Origin: Dehalococcoidia bacterium
Lineage (GTDB): Bacteria > Chloroflexota > Dehalococcoidia > Lucifugimonadales > Australimonadaceae
Assembly (NCBI GenBank): GCA_963579135.1
Contig: CAUZFB010000002.1
Span: 48,341 to 112,340, forward strand
Length of the DNA stretch: 64,000 bases
Direction of reading: 5' to 3'
A model generated the notes under the pieces. The model made no database searches, was not told where the DNA came from, and was given only the letters and a program-made list of their open reading frames with translations. This document shows, one piece after another, positions 26,571 to 36,219 of this stretch. Each line of letters opens with the position of its first letter. Within the stretch, counting starts at the first letter, position 1. Position numbers and translations under genes: made by a program.

Positions 26571-27464
26571 ATGATCGGCGCGCTGCTCGCGTTGGCTTCG
26601 GCGGCGGCGCTTGGACTGAACTCAGCCATCGTTCGCCGCGGCGTACGGTGGGCCCCGCCCTACTACCTGATTATCTTCTCGCTAACTGCGGCTGTCCCCG
26701 TCTTTGTCGTACTGGCGTTTGTGACTGGCCAAGGGCAACGCGCAGGTGAACTTGCGCCGTCCAACTACGCCTTGCTGAGCCTCGCAGGCCTACTGAATTT
26801 CGTCGGCGGGCGCTACTCGAACTTCATGGCGATCCAGGCAATCGGTGCCAACCTTACCGCGCCGCTGCGCACCTTCTCCACTCTCATCTCTGCGATCCTC
26901 GGGTTCACGATCCTCAATGAAGAGATCACGGAGTTACGCCTGCTGGGACTGGCGCTGATCATCGCCGCACCGTTACTGGCGTTCTCCCGCCCGGCTCAAA
27001 TGAGGGTTGAGCTGAAGAGCGGCACGAAGCTAAAGCTTGCTGAAGGTTTCTCTTTCTCAGGAATCGCTGCCGTCTCATACGCCTTCTCGAATCTCTTGTT
27101 GGGTTACGTCCTCGCCGGCACCAGCCTGAGCATCCTGGGCGCGACCGTAGCGCACGCAGCCGCGGCCGCGTGCATGCTCGCCACACTGGCTATCCCGCGC
27201 AACCAACGTGGGCTCGCGAGCCTCAGCATAAACTCGCTGTACGTCTTCCTGCTGGTCTCGGTAACCATGATCTCCGCCCAGATCTTTCGGTTCGCGGCGT
27301 TCGAGCGTGCACCGGTATCGGTGGTCTCGGCGCTCGTGGAGACGCTGGCATTCTTTGGCCTGGGATTCGCCTACCTCATCAACCGCGACCACGAGATGTT
27401 CTCGCGGCAGGTCGTGGTCGGTGTCACGTTGGCCGTACTCGGCGCGATCGCGCTGACAATCTAG
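26571..27464 (+). CDS. EamA/DMT-family transporter
   Basis: 297 aa, about 10 TM segments in two EamA-like halves. Confidence 0.65.
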   Translation: MIGALLALASAAALGLNSAIVRRGVRWAPPYYLIIFSLTAAVPVFVVLAFVTGQGQRAGELAPSNYALLSLAGLLNFVGGRYSNFMAIQAIGANLTAPLRTFSTLISAILGFTILNEEITELRLLGLALIIAAPLLAFSRPAQMRVELKSGTKLKLAEGFSFSGIAAVSYAFSNLLLGYVLAGTSLSILGATVAHAAAAACMLATLAIPRNQRGLASLSINSLYVFLLVSVTMISAQIFRFAAFERAPVSVVSALVETLAFFGLGFAYLINRDHEMFSRQVVVGVTLAVLGAIALTI

Positions 27465-27466
27465 AC

Positions 27467-27478
27467 GGGGGGGGGGGG
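27467..27478 (+). repeat. G12 homopolymer 2 nt after the EamA stop codon
   Basis: ctagacGGGGGGGGGGGGcgag, read directly. Confidence 0.95.
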
Positions 27479-27790
27479 CGAGATTTCTCCCGGACTTCGT
27501 CTCGTGTCGACATGACAACGAGGGCGACAATCACGGGCGATACGACGGCTGGGAGACCACAGCTTCGTGATATGCACAACAGGCTCCGGAAGTGCGCGAG
27601 CAAACCTCGCTGACGCTACTACGCTTCCACGGTCAGCTCGTTTGGAGGTAACTACCCATGCAAGAGCCCACATTCCACCTGCGCCAGCTCGAGCAAGACG
27701 ATTTTTGCGGCTGAAGGAGTTCGACTGCGCGACGCTGTAAGCGCCCCAATAGCCTACGGCAGGCGATGGCCCCACTGAGGCCCAGCCCGC

Positions 27791-27796
27791 TACAAT
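27791..27796 (+). promoter_or_regulatory. Candidate -10 hexamer TACAAT 9 nt upstream of the argH ATG, inside a GCCCGC/GCGGGC hairpin
   Basis: cccaGCCCGCTACAATAAGCGGGCcATG. Confidence 0.3.
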
Positions 27797-27805
27797 AAGC
27801 GGGCC

Positions 27806-29179
27806 ATGACCGAGTACACGACCCATCACTTCCAGGCCGCGTCCACCTATACGGTGAGCGTGGGCTACGACAAGCGCCTCTACCCGTATGACATCGAGGG
27901 TTCGATGGCGCACGCACGCATGCTGAGTCACCAGGGGATCATCTCGCAGGAAGACGCCGACGCTATCTCGGGCGGTCTCGAAGCGGTTCGCCGCGAAATC
28001 GAGGAGGGCCTGTTCCCGTGGCGTGACGACCTGGAAGACCTGCACATGAATATCGAAGTGCGCCTGCACGAGCTGATCGGGGAGCCTGCGGGCCGCCTAC
28101 ACACGGCACGATCGCGCAACGATCAGGTTGCGACAGCCACGCGGATGTTCGTGCGTGACGCCGTCGCCAACGCGCAGACAGGGTTGCGTGAGGCGCAAGG
28201 CGCGCTGCTAGTCATCGCGGAGCGCCACCAGGACGCCGTGATGCCGGGCTACACGCACCTCCAACGCGCGCAGCCCGTGCTGTTCGCTCACCATATGCTC
28301 GCGTACTTCGAGATGTTCGATCGTGACATCGAGCGTTTCGCCGATTGCGGTCGCCGCGCAAACGTCCTGCCTCTCGGCAGTGGCGCGCTTGCGGGCGTGC
28401 CCTACCCGCTCGACCGCGAGTACGTCGCCAAGGAGCTTGGATTCCATTCGATCAGCGCCAATTCAATGGACGCCGTCGCTGACCGTGACTACATGCTGGA
28501 GTTCCTTGCGGCGTCCGCCACGACCATGATGCACACGTCCCGCCTGGCGGAAGAGATCGTGCTGTGGACATCACAGGAGTTCGGATTCCTCCGCTTGGGA
28601 CGCGAGTGGGTGACCGGCTCCAGCATCATGCCGCAGAAGCGCAACCCAGACTTCGCGGAGATCGCGCGCGGAAAGACGGGGCGAGTATACGGCTCGCTCA
28701 TGGGGCTGCTTACGACGATGAAGGGGCTACCGCTCACGTATAACCGCGATCTCCAGGAGGACAAGGAGGGGATCTTCGATACCGCTGACACCCTCGTGGC
28801 CACTCTGGAAGCATTCGCAGGAATGTTGCACTCAGCTGAAGTAAATGAGGCGCGCATGCAACTCGCGGCCGAGGACAGCTCACTGCTGGCAACGGACATG
28901 GCCGACTACCTGGTGGCCAAAGACGTGCCCTTCCGCGAGGCCCACGGTATCGTGAGCGCGCTGGTTGACATAGCGGCGGCACGCAAGTCGACCATCGCCG
29001 AGTTATCCATCGAGGAATTCAAGGCGCAGTCCCCTGTGTTCCAGAACGACATCTACGAAGTCACGGCACTTGCGAGTGCGACAGCACGCGACGTTCCAGG
29101 TGGGACGGCGCCTGACCGCGTGGCAGAGGCGATGAGGAATGCTCGAGCCAGGCTCGAGGCGCGGGAGGCATCCGCATGA
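27806..29179 (+). CDS. argH: Argininosuccinate lyase ArgH
   Basis: 'LHTARSRNDQVATA', 'GYTHLQRAQPV' and 'GSSIMPQKRNPD' (fumarate-lyase signature). Confidence 0.93.
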   Translation: MTEYTTHHFQAASTYTVSVGYDKRLYPYDIEGSMAHARMLSHQGIISQEDADAISGGLEAVRREIEEGLFPWRDDLEDLHMNIEVRLHELIGEPAGRLHTARSRNDQVATATRMFVRDAVANAQTGLREAQGALLVIAERHQDAVMPGYTHLQRAQPVLFAHHMLAYFEMFDRDIERFADCGRRANVLPLGSGALAGVPYPLDREYVAKELGFHSISANSMDAVADRDYMLEFLAASATTMMHTSRLAEEIVLWTSQEFGFLRLGREWVTGSSIMPQKRNPDFAEIARGKTGRVYGSLMGLLTTMKGLPLTYNRDLQEDKEGIFDTADTLVATLEAFAGMLHSAEVNEARMQLAAEDSSLLATDMADYLVAKDVPFREAHGIVSALVDIAAARKSTIAELSIEEFKAQSPVFQNDIYEVTALASATARDVPGGTAPDRVAEAMRNARARLEAREASA

Positions 29180-29859
29180 GCGTGAAGCTCTCACCATCCC
29201 TCTTGTCAGCCGACTTCGCACAGCTCGGTGAAATCATCGCGGCGACCGAAGCTGCAGGCGCCGACTACATCCACGTGGACGTCATGGACGGCCGGTTCGT
29301 CCCGACGCTGACCATCGGCCCGCTAGTGGTGGAGGCAATTCGCAAGCACACCTCGCTCCCGCTGGACGTGCATCTAATGATCGTCGAGCCCGAGAGGCTC
29401 GTGTCGGATTTCATCTCGGCGGGCGCCAACAAGATCACTGTCCACCAGGAAGCGGTGATACACCTGCACTCACTGGTCCACCGCATCAGGGAGCTTGGCG
29501 CCAGCCCAGGCGTGTCGCTGAATCCCTCCACGCCTGCCTCGACCCTCGAAGAGATTCTGCCTGACCTCGATCTGGTGCTGGCGATGACGGTGAATCCTGG
29601 CTATGGAGGCCAGGCGTTTATCCCTCGGGTGCTACCAAAGATCGAGAAACTGCGCGAGATGATTGACGCAGCAGGGCTCGCGATCGAGCTGGAGGTCGAC
29701 GGTGGCGTAAAGGCCGACAACGTGGGCACCGTGATCGAAGCGGGCGCGAACGTGATTGTGGCGGGATCCGCTGTATACAATGACAAGATGACCATCACCG
29801 AGGCAATCACACAGATGAAGAACAGCATGAGCGCATCCGAAGCGGGGAGGGCCTCATAG
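29176..29859 (+). CDS. rpe: Ribulose-phosphate 3-epimerase
   Basis: 'LSPSLLSADFAQLGE', 'IHVDVMDGRFVP' and 'MTVNPGYGGQAF'. Overlaps argH by 4 nt. Confidence 0.92.
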   Translation: MSVKLSPSLLSADFAQLGEIIAATEAAGADYIHVDVMDGRFVPTLTIGPLVVEAIRKHTSLPLDVHLMIVEPERLVSDFISAGANKITVHQEAVIHLHSLVHRIRELGASPGVSLNPSTPASTLEEILPDLDLVLAMTVNPGYGGQAFIPRVLPKIEKLREMIDAAGLAIELEVDGGVKADNVGTVIEAGANVIVAGSAVYNDKMTITEAITQMKNSMSASEAGRAS

Positions 29860-30401
29860 CACGCACGTCTCGCGCCTCTGCCACGTTTTGCCGGACGCCT
29901 TTCCTGCTAGCCGCCACCTCAATAAGTCTGCTGACACTGCTGATCACGGCGTGCGGCAGCGACCCCACCCCTACGCCTACCGCTACCCGTGCCCCCGTCG
30001 CGGCAGCCGGGGACCGAGTCACGGTCCACTACCACGGAACGCTGGACGACGGCACAATCTTCGATTCGTCGCTGGAGCGCGAGCCACTGGAGTTCGTGGT
30101 TGACTCGGGTCAGTTGATCCAGGGATTCGACGACGCTGTGAACGGCCTAGCGGTCGATGAAACGGTGACTGTCCGCATCCCGCCCGCGGAGGCGTACGGG
30201 GATCTCGACGGGGGCAATCCAGTGCCTGTTGACCTATCGCTGCTCCCGCCGGAGGTCGCGGCGGGGGATCGCATGGATCTCGGCAACGGCAGCACTGCGC
30301 ACGTGGTGAGCATCAGCGGCGAGACTGCAATGGTCGTCATCAACCACGCACTCGCGGGTCAAGCGCTCACGTTCGAGATAACGCTAGTAGAGATCAAGTA
30401 G
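29856..30401 (+). CDS. FKBP-type peptidyl-prolyl isomerase (SlyD-like core) with a lipoprotein-type signal; start codon unresolved
   Basis: The frame is open from 29784. It encodes '...RTSRASATFCRTPFLLAATSISLLTLLITAC|GSDPTPTPT...' followed by 'GDRVTVHYHGTLDDGTIFDSS...ALAGQALTFEITLVEIK'. No ATG, GTG or TTG occurs before 30096. The 5' coordinate given (ATA at 29856) is a guess. Confidence 0.6.
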   Translation: MARTSRASATFCRTPFLLAATSISLLTLLITACGSDPTPTPTATRAPVAAAGDRVTVHYHGTLDDGTIFDSSLEREPLEFVVDSGQLIQGFDDAVNGLAVDETVTVRIPPAEAYGDLDGGNPVPVDLSLLPPEVAAGDRMDLGNGSTAHVVSISGETAMVVINHALAGQALTFEITLVEIK

Positions 30402-30430
30402 CCCTCCTCACGAATGAAAGGCACGGCGCC

Positions 30431-30835
30431 ATGGCGAATGAAGGCGAGAAAGTAGCGGTCCACTATCACGGCACGCTGGACGATGGGACGATTTTCGACT
30501 CCTCCCGCGAACGGGAGCCCCTGGAGTTCGTCATCGGCTCCGGCCAGGTGATTCCAGGCTTCGATGCCGCAGCCCGGGACCTAAAGCCCGGCCAGAAGAA
30601 GACCGTCCGCATGAAACCCGAGGACGCTTACGGCGGAGCCAACCCCAAGTTGGTGTTCGAGGTCCCCATCGAGCAGGTACCCGAGCCCCTCAAGGAAGGC
30701 GACCGCGTCGAGCTCATGAACGGTGCGCCTGCCATCGTCACCTCAGTCACAGACAAGATCGTAACGGTCGACGCCAACCACCCGCTGGCCGGCCAGGCCC
30801 TCACGTTTGAGATCGAGCTCGTGTCAGTCCTGTAG
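30431..30835 (+). CDS. FKBP-type peptidyl-prolyl isomerase (SlyD-like, cytoplasmic)
   Basis: 'GEKVAVHYHGTLDDGTIFDSSREREPLEFVIGSGQVIPGFD...HPLAGQALTFEIELVSV'. Confidence 0.85.
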   Translation: MANEGEKVAVHYHGTLDDGTIFDSSREREPLEFVIGSGQVIPGFDAAARDLKPGQKKTVRMKPEDAYGGANPKLVFEVPIEQVPEPLKEGDRVELMNGAPAIVTSVTDKIVTVDANHPLAGQALTFEIELVSVL

Positions 30836-30861
30836 CACCTGTCCACGACGAGCCCCCCCAA

Positions 30862-30905
30862 TGAAAAAGAGCACGCCCCAGCGATGCAGGGGCGTGCGTT
30901 TATCT
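30862..30905. terminator. Bidirectional rho-independent terminator between the FKBP gene (+) and rpmB (-)
   Basis: GCACGCCCC/GGGGCGTGC 9-bp stem, flanked by AAAAAGA on one side and GTTTATCT on the other. Confidence 0.65.
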
Positions 30906-30936
30906 ATCAATCGTACCGAGACCGGAGCGGGGACTG

Positions 30937-31128
30937 TTAGACAGCGAGGTGCTTGTTCTGGGCGGTGCGCAGGCACCGGGTGCACAGGGCGACGCGCTGA
31001 GTGCGGCCGTCGACCATGATTTTGGCCTTTTGGACGTTCGGAAGGAACCAGCGGTTCGTGTGGCGATTCGAGTGGCTGACGTTCTTACCAGCCCTACGCC
31101 GCTTGCCGCAAATGGAGCACATTGCCAT
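30937..31128 (-). CDS. rpmB: 50S ribosomal protein L28
   Basis: 'CSICGKRRRAGKNVSHSNRHTNRWFLPNVQK'. Confidence 0.9.
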   Translation of the reverse strand: MAMCSICGKRRRAGKNVSHSNRHTNRWFLPNVQKAKIMVDGRTQRVALCTRCLRTAQNKHLAV

Positions 31129-31239
31129 GGTGTTGCCTACTATCTCTCAATTCGGGTTGCCGACCCCAGCGGGCCTACCTACAATGCCCAGGTCGCACAA
31201 AGCGCAAGTTTAGCATGGCCATCGTGAGGTCGCCAATAC

Positions 31240-32913
31240 ATGGCAGGTCCCGCTCCAACTCCACTGAATAGTCCCACGCCGCTGACCGGTGACCAGTACC
31301 GCCAGATGGTCGTCTCAGGCACACAGTACGTCGAGCAGCACGTCGACGAGATCAACGCTCTCAACGTGTTCCCTGTTCCCGACGGCGACACCGGCATCAA
31401 CATGCTGCTCACCCTGCGATCGGCCAACGAGAGTAACGAGCTACCCCCGGCCGGCACAGGGACCGTCGCTCAGGTCAGCGCCGCGCTCTCGAGAGGGGCG
31501 CTGCTCGGCGCTCGCGGCAACAGCGGCGTCATCTTTTCCCAGTTCATGAAAGGCATCGCCGAGAGTTTGGTGGGTGCCGAAACGTGCCACGGTGCGAACA
31601 TCGTCGCCGCGCTCACCTGCGCGGCCGCCGCTGGCTACCAAGCGGTGGGCACGCCGGTGGAAGGCACGATGCTTACGGTGATGCGCGGCGCTGCAGAGGG
31701 CGCCGCATCCTTGGACGCCGCGAGTCCTCGCACGAACGCTCTGGTGCTCGCGACCGCCCTCGATGCGGCCAGCGCTGCGCTCTCGAACACGCCGGAACAA
31801 CTGCCGATACTGAAAGAGGCGGGCGTCGTCGATGCGGGCGGCCAGGGGGTTGTCGCATTCCTGGCCGGCGCCCTGGCGTACGTCACGGGCGAACACGTCC
31901 CGCTGGAGATCACCACGCCTGCGGGAGGCAACGCCAGCGCGAGTGTTAACCAGGAGTTCCTCGAACACACAGAAGAGGACATGTACGGCTTCTGCACCCA
32001 ATTCGTCGTATTTGGCGAAAGGCTGGATGTCGACTCCGTTCGTGAGCAGGTCGGCGCCATGGCGGGCTCCACAGTGGTCATCGGCGACGACCGCACGGTG
32101 CGTGTGCACGCCCACGCCGAGAACCCTGGCCCGCTACTCTCGCTGGGCGTGTCGCTCGGCTCAGTGGATCAGATCAGCATCCAGAACATGGACATGCAGC
32201 ACCAGCAATTCATGGCGCTGCACGGCTACACCCGCGATGAGCAAACGGCGCTCGCCGTTGTTGCGGTCGCGCCGGGCAACGGTCTGACAAAGCTATTCCA
32301 CGATCAGGGTGCAGCACAGGTCGTCGGCGGGGGACAAACGATGAACCCGTCGTCCGCGCAGCTCCTAGACGCCGTAAAACGCGCGAACGCCGTGCATACG
32401 TTCTTGCTGCCCAACAACCCCAATATCATCCTGGCTGCCAACCAAGCGTCAGAGCTCGCAGATTGCAGCGTCACGGTGATTCCCAGCCTGAACATACCGC
32501 AGGGCATCTCCGCGCTGCTTGCGTTCAACCCAAGTCTCAATGCGGAGGCCAACGCCAACTCCATGAAGGCAGCACTCGACGACGTGCGATCAGGCGAGGT
32601 GACGACAGCCATGCGGTCGACAACGCTAAATGGAGTGGCCATAGTTGAGGGACAGGCCATCGCGATGCTAGATGGCGCGCTGATGGCCGCGACAACGACA
32701 CCGAATGAGGCGTTGATCGCGATGCTGGACGGCGCCAATCTCGAAGACGGGGCGCTCGTCACCCTGTACTTTGGCAACGGCGAGGGCGCGAGCAACCTGG
32801 CGCGGATCGCAGCCGAAGCTGCGGGAATGATCGAAACACGTTTCACGGGCGTCGACGTCGAGGTCCACGAAGGCGGGCAGCCGCATTACACCTACCTGGT
32901 GTCGATAGAGTAG
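31240..32913 (+). CDS. DAK2-domain protein (YloV-like)
   Basis: 'LNVFPVPDGDTGINM' and 'GARGNSGVIFSQF', 557 aa. The rpmB / yloV / degV neighbourhood is conserved. Confidence 0.85.
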   Translation: MAGPAPTPLNSPTPLTGDQYRQMVVSGTQYVEQHVDEINALNVFPVPDGDTGINMLLTLRSANESNELPPAGTGTVAQVSAALSRGALLGARGNSGVIFSQFMKGIAESLVGAETCHGANIVAALTCAAAAGYQAVGTPVEGTMLTVMRGAAEGAASLDAASPRTNALVLATALDAASAALSNTPEQLPILKEAGVVDAGGQGVVAFLAGALAYVTGEHVPLEITTPAGGNASASVNQEFLEHTEEDMYGFCTQFVVFGERLDVDSVREQVGAMAGSTVVIGDDRTVRVHAHAENPGPLLSLGVSLGSVDQISIQNMDMQHQQFMALHGYTRDEQTALAVVAVAPGNGLTKLFHDQGAAQVVGGGQTMNPSSAQLLDAVKRANAVHTFLLPNNPNIILAANQASELADCSVTVIPSLNIPQGISALLAFNPSLNAEANANSMKAALDDVRSGEVTTAMRSTTLNGVAIVEGQAIAMLDGALMAATTTPNEALIAMLDGANLEDGALVTLYFGNGEGASNLARIAAEAAGMIETRFTGVDVEVHEGGQPHYTYLVSIE

Positions 32914-32948
32914 TCGTAACCTATAGCCGACATGAGGAGCGTTAAATC

Positions 32949-33779
32949 ATGGCAGTGAAGATAGTCACCGACAGCACATCAGACTTACCTGAGGATCTCG
33001 CCAGAGAGCTTGGCGTCACGGTGGTCCCATTGTCGGTATTCTTCGGCGAGGAAGCCTACAAGGACGGCGTCGAGATTACCCGCGAGCAATTCTTCGAGCG
33101 GCTGACCAGCGGGGGCATCCACCCTCACACGTCACAGCCGTCAGTCGAAGACTTCGTGGCGGTGTACAAGGACCTCACGAGCCAAGGCCATGAGGTCGTG
33201 TCCGTTCACGTTTCGGACAAGATGAGTGGCACGATGAACTCCGCAAGACTGGCACGCGCGGAACTACAAGACGCAAAGATTGAGCTCGTTGACACAGGGC
33301 TCGCCGCTCTAGGCTTGGGCATGGTCGTCAAGTTCACCGCAGAAGCAGCTAACGCAGGTCAGAGCTTCGATAAGGTGGTTGCCGCGGCCCACGAAGCATC
33401 AGCGAACACCAACTGCTTCTTCGTCCCAGCCACGCTCGAATTCCTCCAGAAAGGCGGGCGTATAGGCAAAGCCGGCGCAGTCATCGGCGGGCTGCTATCC
33501 ATCAAGCCAATCCTCACCGTGCACAACGGAGAGGTTCATCCGTACACGAAGGTACGAACGGAATCGAAAGCCATCGCCAAGATGCTGGAGATTGCGACGG
33601 ACGGCGGGCCTTACGCTGAGGTCGCAATCATCCACGAAGGCCAGTCTGAGGCAGCGGCCGTACTCATGGATCATCTCGCATCTCTGTCGGACAAGCCCGT
33701 GGTTCAGGGTAAGATCGGCGCCGTCGTAGGCGTTCACACCGGCCCGGGCGCTATCGGCATGGTCCTACGCAAAGGGTAA
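32949..33779 (+). CDS. DegV-family fatty-acid-binding protein
   Basis: 'KIVTDSTSDLPEDLARELGVTVVPL', 'TSQPS' and 'HTGPGAIG'. Confidence 0.88.
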   Translation: MAVKIVTDSTSDLPEDLARELGVTVVPLSVFFGEEAYKDGVEITREQFFERLTSGGIHPHTSQPSVEDFVAVYKDLTSQGHEVVSVHVSDKMSGTMNSARLARAELQDAKIELVDTGLAALGLGMVVKFTAEAANAGQSFDKVVAAAHEASANTNCFFVPATLEFLQKGGRIGKAGAVIGGLLSIKPILTVHNGEVHPYTKVRTESKAIAKMLEIATDGGPYAEVAIIHEGQSEAAAVLMDHLASLSDKPVVQGKIGAVVGVHTGPGAIGMVLRKG

Positions 33780-33810
33780 GCTTTCAAACAGTCTGCATTA
33801 AGCGCCCCGC

Positions 33811-34524
33811 TTAGGATTCAGGCTGGGCAGTCATGTCGAATAGTGTTGGCTTGAACGGCGAAAAACTCTTGCGATGGATCGGACTAGGGCCCAGTCGAGC
33901 GGCGGCCTCAAGGTGATCTGCCGACGCATATCCCTTGTGCCCAGCAAGACCGTAGCCGGGATAATCAACGTCCATCTGCCGCATGACGCTATCGCGATAG
34001 ACTTTGGCGATGACAGACGCGGCGGAGATGGCCGTGCACAGCGCATCACCTTTGATGATAGATGTGCACGCGACCCGGTTCCAGTCCAACGGAAAAGCAT
34101 CAATCAGAAGGTGCGTGGGTACCAGGGGCAAGCCGTCCAGTGCTCGACGCATCGCCTGTCGCGTCGCGGGCGCGATGCCAAGCGCATCGATTTCATCGGA
34201 GCTAGACTCGCCAAGCGCTGCGCCCAACGCGATCTCGCACACAAGGGCATTGGCTCGCTGGAGCTGAGCCGCCGAAAGCGTTTTGCTGTCCCGGATCAGG
34301 TGTAAGTCGCCATGGTCAAAGCCGTCGAGGTCTGGCAAAACAACCGCACCAGCGACCACTGGCCCAGCGATCGGCCCCCGCCCTACCTCATCGATCCCTG
34401 CCACGAGGGTGAAGCCAGCAGCCCATAGACGACGTTCATCGTCCTGCGTAGGGCCGGGCTTGCCGCGAAGTAATCCTGGAGACTGCTCCTTCGATGATGA
34501 ATCCCGAGCCACTGCCATGCACAC
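33811..34524 (-). CDS. rnhB: Ribonuclease HII
   Basis: 'GIDEVGRGPIAGPVVAGAV', 'DSKTLS' and 'ASVIAKVYRD'. The start (GTG at 34524 or ATG at 34518) is uncertain. Confidence 0.88.
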   Translation of the reverse strand: MCMAVARDSSSKEQSPGLLRGKPGPTQDDERRLWAAGFTLVAGIDEVGRGPIAGPVVAGAVVLPDLDGFDHGDLHLIRDSKTLSAAQLQRANALVCEIALGAALGESSSDEIDALGIAPATRQAMRRALDGLPLVPTHLLIDAFPLDWNRVACTSIIKGDALCTAISAASVIAKVYRDSVMRQMDVDYPGYGLAGHKGYASADHLEAAARLGPSPIHRKSFSPFKPTLFDMTAQPES

Positions 34525-34568
34525 CTTATCGATTGAGTTTGAGGCAGGAATGCGCCCGCCGCCGTGGC

Positions 34569-35669
34569 CTAGACTACCTGTCCCCCTCCGAGGACACGAT
34601 CTCCATCGAAGAACACCGCTGCCTGGCCGGGTGTCACTGCACGCTGTGGGTCATCGAACTGCAATATGGCCAACTGATCCGGACCGGGCGACAGCATCGC
34701 AGTAGCAACCAAACCGTTATAACGAATTTTTGCGGTGACTTGGATAGGCTCTGAGGGTGGATTCCCTCCGATGTAGTTCACCTTGGAGACGCGTACCTCT
34801 CGCTGGTAGAGTGCCTCTTCTGGGCCAACGGTCACACGTCGCGTCTGCGGGTCCACATCGGTCACGAACAGACGCTCGCTCACCGGCGATCTTGGTGTAA
34901 CACCCAGGCCCCGACGCTGTCCCACAGTGAAGAACTCGATGCCCTTATGTACACCAAGCACGCGGCCGTCGACGTGGACTAGTTCGCCCGGATGTGGCTC
35001 GATTCGCTTCTGGATGAATTCGCGATAATCGCCCTTCGGAATAAAACAGATCTCCTGGCTATCTTTCTTGTCGGCAAGGTGCAAACCAGCCTCTGAAGCA
35101 AGCTCACGGATGCGCTGCTTGCTATGCCATCCCACGGGGAGCAGCACGCGTTCTAGAAGTGGTGCGCTCAAACCGTACAGCACGTAAGCCTGATCCTTGG
35201 AGTCATCCACACCCTTAAGCAATGACCGCTCACCGGTAATTTCGTTCGCAACGATGCGCGCATAGTGGCCAGTGGCCAAATACTGGGCATCCATCATTTC
35301 AGCGCGACGCATAAGAAAATCGAACTTAATGCGGTCGTTACATGCGATGCAGGGGTGCGGGGTCCGTCCGTTGGTGTACTCCTCGACGAAGTAGTCCATG
35401 ACGTGCTCACGGAACTCACGCTCAACATTCATTACATAGTGCGGCACCCCTATGGTCTGGCAAACCAACCGAGCGTCTTCGATATCCTCGATGGAGCAAC
35501 AACCCTGGTGGTCCGGGGTAATCTCATCGTCGTCCTCCGCGACCCACAGCCGCATGGTGACCCCGAGAACATCGTAGCCTTCGCGCACCAACAGATAGGC
35601 AGCAACCGATGAGTCGACGCCGCCACTCATAGCGACAACAACACGTGGTTTCTTCTTAGACGCATCCAT
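34569..35669 (-). CDS. mnmA: tRNA-specific 2-thiouridylase MnmA
   Basis: PP-loop 'VVAMSGGVDSSVAAYLL', 'PHPCIACN' and 'KDQAYVL'. Confidence 0.92.
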   Translation of the reverse strand: MDASKKKPRVVVAMSGGVDSSVAAYLLVREGYDVLGVTMRLWVAEDDDEITPDHQGCCSIEDIEDARLVCQTIGVPHYVMNVEREFREHVMDYFVEEYTNGRTPHPCIACNDRIKFDFLMRRAEMMDAQYLATGHYARIVANEITGERSLLKGVDDSKDQAYVLYGLSAPLLERVLLPVGWHSKQRIRELASEAGLHLADKKDSQEICFIPKGDYREFIQKRIEPHPGELVHVDGRVLGVHKGIEFFTVGQRRGLGVTPRSPVSERLFVTDVDPQTRRVTVGPEEALYQREVRVSKVNYIGGNPPSEPIQVTAKIRYNGLVATAMLSPGPDQLAILQFDDPQRAVTPGQAAVFFDGDRVLGGGQVV

Positions 35670-35826
35670 AGTAAGTCTAGGATAACCTCGGTTCGTCAGT
35701 AGGCGAAATATTTACAAAGTTGGAACTGGTTTTCAGGTATATCGATAGTCGTTCCAAGGCTCCAGAACCAATCATTCTGCGCAAGCAGCAATTGCGGCGC
35801 AAGTACGCCTGCAGCGCTGGGCACGA

Positions 35827-35832
35827 TACAAT
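35827..35832 (+). promoter_or_regulatory. Candidate -10 hexamer TACAAT 6 nt upstream of the rsfS GTG (leaderless-type)
   Basis: gaTACAATggtcgaGTG. Confidence 0.3.
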
Positions 35833-35838
35833 GGTCGA

Positions 35839-36219
35839 GTGACATCCCCGACAGCCCCTAACAGCCCCACCACGACCACCGCCAACCAGGCGGCGCGACT
35901 AACGATAGATGTCGCGTCGGACCGTCAGGCGAGCGATATCGTGCTGCTGGACATCCGCGAGGTCAGCGGGTTCGCCGACTACATGGTAATCATGACTGCG
36001 AACAGCGCGAGGCAGACGCGTGCGCTGGGGGATGAGATCGAAGATCAGGTGAACAAGGCAGGATTCCGTATCCACCATCGCGAGGGCACGCCGGACTCCG
36101 GCTGGATCCTGCTGGACTTCGGCGACCTGGTAGTGCACGTGTTCGGCGAAACCCAGCGAGAGTACTACCGGCTAGAGCAGGTCTGGAAGACCGCGAAAGA
36201 GCTGGTTAGGCTTCAGTGA
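35839..36219 (+). CDS. rsfS: Ribosome silencing factor RsfS (Iojap)
   Basis: 'ASDIVLLDIREVSGFADYMVIMTANSARQ' and 'WILLDFGDLVVHVF'. Confidence 0.88.
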   Translation: MTSPTAPNSPTTTTANQAARLTIDVASDRQASDIVLLDIREVSGFADYMVIMTANSARQTRALGDEIEDQVNKAGFRIHHREGTPDSGWILLDFGDLVVHVFGETQREYYRLEQVWKTAKELVRLQ

